47,421 nt of DNA, taken from the NCBI GenBank assembly GCA_043807085.1, contig JAZDGI010000018.1, positions 1-47,421 on the forward strand, read 5' to 3'. This DNA is from a bacterium. GTDB taxonomy: Bacteria; Patescibacteriota; Minisyncoccia; Minisyncoccales; JAZDGI01. The stretch's first letter is position 1. Each line of letters starts with the position of its first letter. The position numbers and the translations under genes are program-made. Below are positions 1 to 7,525 of the stretch, piece by piece. A model generated the notes under the pieces. The model saw nothing but the letters and a program-made list of their open reading frames with translations. It was not told where the DNA came from and searched no databases.

Positions 1-790
1 AAGAGCACCGCTTTGCTTTTACTGGTTTAATGAAATGCGGCAACTGCGGAGCAATGATAACGGCTGAAGAAAAAATAAAACGGCAGAAAAACGGCAATGT
101 GCATCACTATATTTACTATCACTGCACTAAAAGAAAAGATAAAAATTGTCCAGAAAGAATGATTGAGATTAAAGACCTTAATGCCCAAATTGATACGCTG
201 GTTAAAAATCTGACCATTTCCGATAAGTTCAAAAACTGGGCGATTAAATACTTACACGAAATCCGCCAAAACGAAGCACAAAGCAACGAAACGGTTTTAG
301 AAAACAAACAAAAAACCCTGCTTCAAATAACAAAGCAATTAGATAATCTTTTACTAAAATACACTTCTTCTGAAAATGAAGGCGGGCAATTTATTACTGA
401 CCAAGAATATCAAGCTCTGAAAACCCGCTTGGTTAAAGAAAAAATCGCCCTTGAGGGCGAATTAAAAACGCACGGTGAAACAATTGAGGAGTGGGTTGAG
501 TTGAGTGAACGAACCTTCAATTTTGCCCGCTATGCCCGAATATGGTTTGCCAAAGGCGATATGATGACGAAACGAGCCATCTTTGCCGCTTTAGGTTCAC
601 ACCTCATTATTCAAGACCAAAAACTCAACATAGAACTGCATCCTTGCTTCAAAATCATCTTTGATAACCTTGAAAAAGCAGAAAGAGAACTTATCAAGGT
701 TAGAACCTCTGAAAATACCTTAAATAAAGGGCAAATCGCCACAATTTTGGCGAAATGTCCCACTTGGCGGAGGAGGTGGGATTCGAACCC
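1..790. mobile_element. Probable end of an element integrated at the 3' end of tRNA-Ser(GCT)
   Basis: The recombinase gene abuts and overlaps the tRNA 3' end. The other att site would lie outside the window. Confidence 0.55.
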
Positions 791-821
791 ACGAAAGGTT
801 TTAAAGCCTTTGGCACATTAG
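3..821 (+). CDS. Large serine recombinase/integrase, C-terminal part (zinc ribbon plus coiled coil); 5' truncated by the window edge
   Basis: The frame is open to the window edge (EHRFAFTGLMKCGNCG...YIYYHC...C). This matches the recombinase zinc-beta-ribbon motif, followed by a long coiled coil. The ORF ends antisense inside tRNA-Ser. Confidence 0.85.
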   Translation, partial: EHRFAFTGLMKCGNCGAMITAEEKIKRQKNGNVHHYIYYHCTKRKDKNCPERMIEIKDLNAQIDTLVKNLTISDKFKNWAIKYLHEIRQNEAQSNETVLENKQKTLLQITKQLDNLLLKYTSSENEGGQFITDQEYQALKTRLVKEKIALEGELKTHGETIEEWVELSERTFNFARYARIWFAKGDMMTKRAIFAALGSHLIIQDQKLNIELHPCFKIIFDNLEKAERELIKVRTSENTLNKGQIATILAKCPTWRRRWDSNPRKVLKPLAH

Positions 822-856
822 CAGCGTGCTCCCGTCAACCACTTGGGTACTCCTCC
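765..856 (-). tRNA. tRNA-Ser(GCT), CCA encoded
   Basis: Acceptor GGAGGAG/CTCCTCC-GCCA, anticodon arm GCACG-CT-GCT-AA-TGTGC, long variable arm, TTCGAAT T-loop. Confidence 0.95.
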
Positions 857-939
857 CTTAGGTCAATACTATCTCAATTTTTGTATTTTTTCAAATATTT
901 TGCTTTTAAGCCAATTTTATGCTTAAATCAAAGCATCTT

Positions 940-1012
940 GCGCCCGTAGCTTAGTGGATAAAGTGCAGGGTTGCGGACCCTGAGATCGCAGGTTCAAATC
1001 CTGCCGGGCGCA
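940..1012 (+). tRNA. tRNA-Arg(GCG)
   Basis: Acceptor GCGCCCG/CGGGCGC, anticodon arm CAGGG-TT-GCG-GA-CCCTG. Confidence 0.93.
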
Positions 1013-1019
1013 CAATTCT

Positions 1020-3152
1020 ATGGATCTCCAAACGCCAATTGAGGAACTTCCTCGAGTAGGAACAGCCTATCAAAAAAAATTAAAAAGACTGGGCATCAAA
1101 ACCGTCGGGGATATTCTCTTTCATTTCCCTCATCGTTATGAGGATTTTTCAAATATGATTAAAATCGCCGACCTGGAAGAAGGCGGCCCAGCCTTCGCCG
1201 AGGCTTCAGCGGGCAAGCCTTTTTGCGTCCAGGGAAAAATCGCCGACATTAAAATTTTCAGGGCCTTCAGAAGAAAAATAATGCTGACCCAAGCGACGAT
1301 TGAGGATGAGACCGGAAAAATAAAAGCGCTCTGGTTTAATCAGCCGTATCTGGTGAATACGCTTAAAAAAGGAACTTTCGTTTGTTTGGCGGGAAAAATA
1401 AAGGGCAAAAAAAGCTCAAAATGTCTCTCTAGCCCGGTGTATGAAAAGATAAATTCTAACTTCGAAGCGCGAAATCCAAAACTTGATTTAATTCATATGG
1501 GAGGATTAATTCCGATTTATCCGGAAACCGAGGGGCTCTCTTCAAAATGGTTAAGATTCATTGTCAAGCCTTTGCTTTCGCAACTGAAGGACAAAATCCC
1601 AGAACCTTTACCAGAAACTATTATAAAAAAACATAATTTTCTTCCTATACAAAAAGCTCTTTGGCAGATTCATTTTCCAGATTCTCTGGAGCTGGCCGGC
1701 CAAGCGAAAAAAAGATTTTCTTTTGAAGAATTATTTATTCTTTCTCTCTTTGTTATTAAAGAAAGAATGAAGCTGGCCCAAGAAAAAGCCGTTCCAATTA
1801 CTTTAAATCTTGAGCTGATACAAAGATTCGTTAAAAGCCTGCCTTTTCAATTGACCGATGCCCAGAAAAAATGCGTCTGGCAGATTTTAAAAGATATGGA
1901 AAGGCCGCGGCCAATGAACAGGCTGTTGGAAGGAGATGTCGGGTCGGGCAAAACCGTAGTCGCGGCTATGGCCGCTTTAAACGCCGCCAAAGCCGGTTAT
2001 CAAACCGCTTTTCTAGCGCCGACTGAAATTTTAGCCAAACAGCATTTTGCAACCATCAATAATCTCTTGGCAAAATTTAATTTGAATATCGGGCTGATCA
2101 CCGGCCATAAAAAAATAAACGCTGAAGAAACCGATATTTTAATCGGCACCCACGCCATACTTCAAGACAAGGTAAAATTTGCCAGATTGGCTCTGGTAGC
2201 GATTGACGAACAGCACAGATTCGGGATTGAGCAAAGAGACAAACTCTGCAAGCAGAAAAAATTCATCCCCCACCTTCTTTCAATGACCGCTACCCCCATT
2301 CCCCGCACTCTTACTTTAACCTTGTACGGCGATCTGGATTTGTCAATTATTGATGAAATGCCCAAAGGCAGAAAAAAAATAATCACCAAAATAATCCAGC
2401 CTAAAGACAAAAAAACGACTTATGAATTTATAAGACTGCAAGCAAAAGAAGGCCGACAAACCTTTGTCATTTGCCCGCGAATAGAACCCCCCTCCGCCCC
2501 GCCAGCTGACGGGGCTACGGAGGGGCAAGTCCCACTATCAGATGCAAGAACTTTTTCCTGGATGGACGTCAAAGCGGTAAAAGAAGAATACGAGAAACTC
2601 TCTAAAGATATTTTCCCTGATCTAAAAGTCGCTATGCTCCATGGAAAGATGAAAACCGACGAAAAAGAAATGGCAATGAAGAATTTTAAGGACAGAAAAA
2701 CCGACATTTTAGTTTCTACTTCGGTGGTGGAAGTGGGTGTGGATATTCCCAATGCTTCCGTAATGGTAATTGAAGGTTCGGAAAAATTCGGGTTGGCCCA
2801 ACTCCACCAATTCCGCGGCCGAGTTGGCCGGGCCGAACACCAATCATATTGCTTTCTATTTACCGACACCGCCGGCACAATTTGGAACCAAAGATTAAAA
2901 GCTCTGATCAATTGTGAAAACGGGTTTGAGCTGGCGGAAAAAGATCTGCAAATCCGCGGCCCGGGCGATTTTATCGGCGTCAGACAATGGGGTATTCCGG
3001 ATTTGACTATGGCTTCCCTCGCCGACTCGGCGATGATTTCCAAAGCTCGCCAGGAAGCCAAAGAGATTTTAGAAACCGATCCTGAATTAAAAAAATACCC
3101 GCTCCTGCTGGAGCGGCTCAAAGAATTCCAAGAAAGAATCCACCTGGAGTAG
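1020..3152 (+). CDS. recG: ATP-dependent DNA helicase RecG
   Basis: Wedge/OB domain (WFNQPY), GDVGSGKT, DEQHRFG, SMTATPIPRTL, QLHQFRGRVGR and the TRG motif (GFELAEKDLQIRGPG). Confidence 0.97.
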   Translation: MDLQTPIEELPRVGTAYQKKLKRLGIKTVGDILFHFPHRYEDFSNMIKIADLEEGGPAFAEASAGKPFCVQGKIADIKIFRAFRRKIMLTQATIEDETGKIKALWFNQPYLVNTLKKGTFVCLAGKIKGKKSSKCLSSPVYEKINSNFEARNPKLDLIHMGGLIPIYPETEGLSSKWLRFIVKPLLSQLKDKIPEPLPETIIKKHNFLPIQKALWQIHFPDSLELAGQAKKRFSFEELFILSLFVIKERMKLAQEKAVPITLNLELIQRFVKSLPFQLTDAQKKCVWQILKDMERPRPMNRLLEGDVGSGKTVVAAMAALNAAKAGYQTAFLAPTEILAKQHFATINNLLAKFNLNIGLITGHKKINAEETDILIGTHAILQDKVKFARLALVAIDEQHRFGIEQRDKLCKQKKFIPHLLSMTATPIPRTLTLTLYGDLDLSIIDEMPKGRKKIITKIIQPKDKKTTYEFIRLQAKEGRQTFVICPRIEPPSAPPADGATEGQVPLSDARTFSWMDVKAVKEEYEKLSKDIFPDLKVAMLHGKMKTDEKEMAMKNFKDRKTDILVSTSVVEVGVDIPNASVMVIEGSEKFGLAQLHQFRGRVGRAEHQSYCFLFTDTAGTIWNQRLKALINCENGFELAEKDLQIRGPGDFIGVRQWGIPDLTMASLADSAMISKARQEAKEILETDPELKKYPLLLERLKEFQERIHLE
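1186..1220 (+). repeat. Imperfect palindromic element in frame within recG (encodes PAFAEASAGKP)
   Basis: GCCCAGCCTTCGCCGAGGCTTCAGCGGGCAAG has hairpin potential and resembles the element at 2487-2530. Confidence 0.6.
2487..2530 (+). repeat. GC-rich palindromic element in frame within recG (encodes PPSAPPADGATEGQ)
   Basis: Outer stem CCCCTCCG/CGGAGGGG and inner stem GCCCCG/CGGGGC around CAGCTG; ends in GGGCAAG like the first copy. Confidence 0.7.
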
Positions 3153-3154
3153 AG

Positions 3155-3229
3155 TAGCCCCGACGAGATTCGAACTCGTGTTACCTCCTTGAAAAGGAGA
3201 TGTCCTAGACCAGGCTAGACGACGGGGCC
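3155..3229 (-). tRNA. tRNA-Glu(TTC)
   Basis: Acceptor GGCCCCG/CGGGGCT, anticodon arm TCTCC-TT-TTC-AA-GGAGG. Confidence 0.95.
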
Positions 3230-3242
3230 AGATACTAAAATC

Positions 3243-3270
3243 TCTAATTACTAATTACTAATTTCTAATA
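3243..3270 (+). repeat. Short heptamer tandem repeat (CTAATTA, about 4 copies)
   Basis: tctaattactaattactaatttctaata between tRNA-Glu and valS. Confidence 0.6.
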
Positions 3271-3322
3271 AACCATTAGCAGAAAAATTGAAAAAAATCA
3301 ATGATTCGGCTAAAATAAGCCA

Positions 3323-5422
3323 ATGGAATTGCTAACAAACTATAATCCCAAACAAGTGGAGGATAAAATTTATCAGCTCTGGGAAAAGAGCGGTTTTTTC
3401 AAGCCTTCAAAAAAAGGAAAACCCTTTACCATCATTATGCCGCCAACCAATGCCAACGGATCTTTGCATGCCGGGCATGGTTTGGTTTTGACTATAGAAG
3501 ATATTATGACGAGATATAAAAGAATGCGAGGATTCAAAACGCTTTGGCTGCCCGGATTGGACCACGCCGGTTTTGAAACCCAGGTGGTTTACGAAAAAAA
3601 ACTGGAAAAAGAAGGCCGGTCAAGATTTCAAATGAAACCTGAAGAGCTATATAAAGAAATCTGGGATTTTACCCAAAATAACAAAAAAAATATTAAAGAC
3701 CAAACTATAAAAATGGGCGCTTCTTGCGACTGGTCAAGAGAAAAATTTACTCTAGACCCTGATATTGTCAAAACAGTATATAACACTTTTCAAAAATTAT
3801 ACGACGACGGCTTGGTTTACCGAGGCCGGAGAATTATAAATTGGTGTCCCAAACACCAAACATCTCTTTCTGATCTGGAAACAACCGACACTGAACAGAC
3901 AGATAATTTTTATTATTTAGAATACGGTCCGTTTACAATAGCTACGGCTCGCCCCGAAACAAAATTCGGAGACAAATACGTGGTTATGCATCCCGATGAC
4001 AAAAGATATCAAGATTATAAGCAAGGCCAAAAAATAGAGTTAGAATGGATCAATGGAAAAGTCATTGCCACCGTTATCAAAGACAAAGCCATTGATATGG
4101 ATTTTGGAACGGGGGTAATGACCATAACTCCTTGGCACGACGCGACTGATTTTGAAATTGCCCAGCGCCACGGCTTAGACAAAGAACAAATTATAGATGA
4201 AAGAGGCCGGCTTTTGCCGATTGCCGGAGAGTTCTCCGGCATGAAAATTCTGGAGGCTCGGCCAAAAATTATTGAAAAACTTCAAACAAAAGGACTGGTA
4301 GCTAAAATAGAAGAAAATTACAAACACGTTGTGAAAACCTGTTATAAATGCGGAACACTGATCGAGCCTCAAGTCAAAAACCAGTGGTTTGTTAAAATGA
4401 AAACTTTGGCAGAACCCGCCATCAAAGCAATTAAAGCCAATAAAATAAAATTTATTCCGGCTCATTATAAAAAAATCTCCCTCCACTGGCTGAAAAATAT
4501 TATTGACTGGAACATTTCCCGCCAAATCGTCTGGGGGATACCAATTCCGGCTAAAATTTGCAGACATTGTCAAAAAGGAATAGCAGATATTGAAAATAAA
4601 ATTCTTGTCTGCCCTGATTGCAGCGGAAAACTGGAAAAAGAAACTGACACTTTTGACACTTGGTTTTCTTCCGGCCAGTGGCCTTTCGCCGCATTAGGTT
4701 TTCCCGATTCCAAAGACTATAAAACATTTTACCCAACCGATGTTATGGAAACTGCCGGAGAAATTATTTTTTTCTGGGTAGCCAGGATGATTATGCTCGG
4801 CCTTTATGTCGCCAAGAAAATCCCGTTCAAAAATGTTTATCTGCACGGCTTAGTTTTGGACGCCAAGGGCCAAAAAATGTCCAAAAGCCGGGGAAATGTT
4901 ATCAATCCTTTGGATCTAACCGAAAAATACGGCACTGACGCTTTCAGGATTGGCTTGGTTATGGGCAACACGCCGGGGACATCTCTGGCCTTGGACGAAA
5001 ATCGCATCCGCGGCTATCGAAATTTTGCCAATAAGCTCTGGAATATCGGCAGATTTATCATTATGAATACAGCCGATGCAAATATTAAGAAAAAACCAAA
5101 ACTTTCTAAAAAAGACGCGGAATACTTAGCTGATCTTAATAAGTTAATTGTCCGGGTTGCCAAAGATATGGACAATTTCAGGTTCTATGTAGCTGCTGAA
5201 AAATTATACCATTATGCTTGGCATATCCTTGCTGATAAAATTATTGAAGAGAAGAAAAATGATTTAAACGCTTCTGCGAAATGGCTTTTGCTTGAAATTT
5301 ATGCAACTTGCCTGCGACTCTTGCATCCTTTTATGCCGTTTATAACTGAAGAAATATACACCAACTTGTTGCCTAAATGGCCGGGTAAAAAATTGTTAAT
5401 GGCGGAAAAGTGGCCGGTTTAG
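3323..5422 (+). CDS. valS: Valine--tRNA ligase (compact form)
   Basis: HIGH-like HAGH, GLDHAG, ARPET, DWNISRQIVWG, DTWFSS, KMSKS and LHPFMPFITEE motifs. Confidence 0.95.
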   Translation: MELLTNYNPKQVEDKIYQLWEKSGFFKPSKKGKPFTIIMPPTNANGSLHAGHGLVLTIEDIMTRYKRMRGFKTLWLPGLDHAGFETQVVYEKKLEKEGRSRFQMKPEELYKEIWDFTQNNKKNIKDQTIKMGASCDWSREKFTLDPDIVKTVYNTFQKLYDDGLVYRGRRIINWCPKHQTSLSDLETTDTEQTDNFYYLEYGPFTIATARPETKFGDKYVVMHPDDKRYQDYKQGQKIELEWINGKVIATVIKDKAIDMDFGTGVMTITPWHDATDFEIAQRHGLDKEQIIDERGRLLPIAGEFSGMKILEARPKIIEKLQTKGLVAKIEENYKHVVKTCYKCGTLIEPQVKNQWFVKMKTLAEPAIKAIKANKIKFIPAHYKKISLHWLKNIIDWNISRQIVWGIPIPAKICRHCQKGIADIENKILVCPDCSGKLEKETDTFDTWFSSGQWPFAALGFPDSKDYKTFYPTDVMETAGEIIFFWVARMIMLGLYVAKKIPFKNVYLHGLVLDAKGQKMSKSRGNVINPLDLTEKYGTDAFRIGLVMGNTPGTSLALDENRIRGYRNFANKLWNIGRFIIMNTADANIKKKPKLSKKDAEYLADLNKLIVRVAKDMDNFRFYVAAEKLYHYAWHILADKIIEEKKNDLNASAKWLLLEIYATCLRLLHPFMPFITEEIYTNLLPKWPGKKLLMAEKWPV

Positions 5423-5426
5423 AAAG

Positions 5427-6173
5427 ATGAGCTACTTATTTTACTTATTTTTTGCGATTCTTCCTGGCATCATTTGGCTTTTGTTTTATTTGAGAAAAGA
5501 CAGCCATCCCGAATCCAACAGGATGGTCATAAAAATATTTTTTTACGGCATGCTAGCTGCTTTTCTGGCCATTTTTTTGGAGCTGGGAATTTTTGCGTTT
5601 TTTAAAGACCTGAAGTTTTCTCCGGCGCTGGCCATCGTTTTGAATATTTTTTTGGGCGTGGCTTTGGTTGAAGAAATTTTGAAGTATCTGGTCGTCAAAC
5701 AAAAAGTTTTAAGCCATTCCGAATTTGACGAACCGGTTGACGTAATGCTTTATATGATAATCGCGGCTTTGGGCTTTGCTACCCTAGAGAATATTTTGAT
5801 TTTTTTCCAGTTTGGCCCGCAATTTTTATGGGAAAAAGCCCTGGGAATCTCAATCTTCAGATTTTGGGGAGCAACCTTTTTGCATACTTTAACATCGGGT
5901 TTTATCGGCTACTTTCTGGCCTTGTCTTTGCGCAAAAGAAAAGACGGGATAAAATTATTATCAGCCGGAATAGCCGCGAGCGTAATTTTCCACGGCTTAT
6001 ACAATCTTTCGATATCCAACGCCGCCTTGATTTACATCCCAAGCCATATTACAATTGATATAAAAGACGAAATTGGATTTATAATCCCGATAATAATACT
6101 GACAACTCTGGCAATCTTTGTTTTTGCCGGATTCAGAAAACTGAAAAAATTAAAAAGCGTCTGTAAAATATAA
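5427..6173 (+). CDS. PrsW-family intramembrane glutamic protease
   Basis: Multi-TM protein with the EEILK, GFATLEN, FLH and FHGLYN motifs. Confidence 0.9.
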   Translation: MSYLFYLFFAILPGIIWLLFYLRKDSHPESNRMVIKIFFYGMLAAFLAIFLELGIFAFFKDLKFSPALAIVLNIFLGVALVEEILKYLVVKQKVLSHSEFDEPVDVMLYMIIAALGFATLENILIFFQFGPQFLWEKALGISIFRFWGATFLHTLTSGFIGYFLALSLRKRKDGIKLLSAGIAASVIFHGLYNLSISNAALIYIPSHITIDIKDEIGFIIPIIILTTLAIFVFAGFRKLKKLKSVCKI

Positions 6174-6197
6174 CAAACATAATCAGAATATAATTTT

Positions 6198-6746
6198 ATG
6201 GCTTCATTTTTTGAAAAACTGAAAAAGGGAATGGGTATTGAAGAGAAGGAACAGCTGGCGGAAAATCCGGCCGAAAAAAAACCAAAAAAAATCAAGAAAG
6301 ACGAGCCGACAATTAAAAAATTAAAGCTGACTATAGAGGAAGAGCCGGTTCAAAAAGAGGAAAAACCCAGCCAGATCCCGGAGCGCGTTGCAACGGAAAA
6401 AAAAGATTGGCTCAAAGAGCCAGCTGGCCAACTGCAAATTGACGTCTATCAAACCGCAAACGACCTGGTCATCCAGTCGGCAATCGCCGGAATAAAATCG
6501 GAAAATCTGGAAATTACCATGGAAAAAGACGTTTTATCAATTAAGGGAGAAAGGGAAAAACCGGCGCTGGAACAAGGCGATTACTTTACCAAAGAATGCT
6601 ACTGGGGTCCTTTCCAGAGAGAAGTCATCCTGCCAACTGAAGTTGATCCGGACAGAGCCGAAGCCGCGTTGAAGGTGGGAGTTTTAACCATTCGTTTTCC
6701 CAAGCTTCAGAGAGAGAAAAAAAGAAAAATCATCCTGAAAATTTAA
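6198..6746 (+). CDS. Hsp20/alpha-crystallin small heat-shock protein
   Basis: IDVYQT...IKGER...ECYWGPFQREVILP...GVLTIRFPK, preceded by a charged N-terminal extension. Confidence 0.9.
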   Translation: MASFFEKLKKGMGIEEKEQLAENPAEKKPKKIKKDEPTIKKLKLTIEEEPVQKEEKPSQIPERVATEKKDWLKEPAGQLQIDVYQTANDLVIQSAIAGIKSENLEITMEKDVLSIKGEREKPALEQGDYFTKECYWGPFQREVILPTEVDPDRAEAALKVGVLTIRFPKLQREKKRKIILKI

Positions 6747-6751
6747 ACCAG

Positions 6752-6833
6752 TGTCGGAGGAGAGAGTCGAACTCTCACGGGTTGCCCCACCGGCTCCTAA
6801 GGCCGGCGCGTCTGCCGATTCCGCCACTCCGAC
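6752..6833 (-). tRNA. tRNA-Leu(TAG)
   Basis: Acceptor GTCGGAG/CTCCGAC, anticodon arm CCGGC-CT-TAG-GA-GCCGG, variable arm. Confidence 0.95.
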
Positions 6834-6870
6834 GCTCTTTTACTTTAAAACAAAAAACTATAAATTTCAA

Positions 6871-6903
6871 ACTAAAAACCGCGGCAAATACCGCGGTTTT
6901 AGT
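6871..6903 (-). terminator. Intrinsic terminator after the pilin gene
   Basis: Inverted repeat ACTAAAAACCGCGG-caaata-CCGCGGTTTTAGT. Confidence 0.7.
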
Positions 6904-6919
6904 CTAAACCAAACGGATC

Positions 6920-7408
6920 TTAAGCGCCGATTATTAATCTGGCTATAGAGGGAATGGCTCTGGCCAAAAAGGCGACGGCAATACCCACTAAAGAATATAG
7001 GATGAAATCGCGGCCCTGATTGATTTTTTCCGAACTGCCGCCGGAAATCAAAATCATCATACCGCCGATTATGACAAATATGCCGGCCGTGCCGAGCAAA
7101 ATGACGAAGATCCAATCAATAACTCCATTCAGGGTATTCATAGTGCAAACTATTCCCCATTGAGGAGAGGCCTGAACGTCGGTTCCGCATTCGCCAGCGG
7201 CTTCGGCTGTTGGTCCAACGCTTTTATCCTTCGCAAACACTCCGTTGGAGATAGCGGTGCCGGCGGGATCCGTAGCCCCGTTGATCTGAATGGCTCTCCT
7301 CAAGACGCAACACTCTTGAGGCCCGGATATACCCGCTGAGACAACAGCCGGAGCAAGCAAAATCCCGAATAAACTTACTAAAACTAATGTTGAAAAAATT
7401 TTTTTCAT
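6920..7408 (-). CDS. TrbC/VirB2-like pilin with a small Cys-rich N-terminal domain
   Basis: Signal peptide, four Cys, then a two-TM hairpin (GIFVIIGGMMILISGGSSEKINQGRDFILYSLVGIAVAFLA). Confidence 0.8.
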   Translation of the reverse strand: MKKIFSTLVLVSLFGILLAPAVVSAGISGPQECCVLRRAIQINGATDPAGTAISNGVFAKDKSVGPTAEAAGECGTDVQASPQWGIVCTMNTLNGVIDWIFVILLGTAGIFVIIGGMMILISGGSSEKINQGRDFILYSLVGIAVAFLARAIPSIARLIIGA

Positions 7409-7444
7409 TTTTTAATTTGTTTTAAGTCAATAAGCTCGACCTTT

Positions 7445-7511
7445 CCCCGTAGAAGTTCTTGGACCCAAGCTTCGCTTGGCTAAAAAGAATAGCCCAAGAA
7501 GCTCTACGGGG
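7445..7511. repeat. Branched palindromic intergenic element (REP-like)
   Basis: 18-bp terminal IR CCCCGTAGAAGTTCTTGG/CCAAGAAGCTCTACGGGG (2 mismatches) enclosing two small hairpins. Confidence 0.75.
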
Positions 7512-7525
7512 TTAGAACGTATATT

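Noticed and set aside
755-949. Short ORFs over tRNAs (755-949, 6751-6948, 23195-23482, 25492-25740, 25750-26130, 44667-44849, 47000-47218)
   Set aside because: They are translations of tRNA sequence, not proteins.
2420-3121. Long antisense ORFs (233 aa in recG, 296 aa at 18711-19601 in ftsH, and others)
   Set aside because: They are shadows of conserved genes on the opposite strand and have no recognisable motifs.
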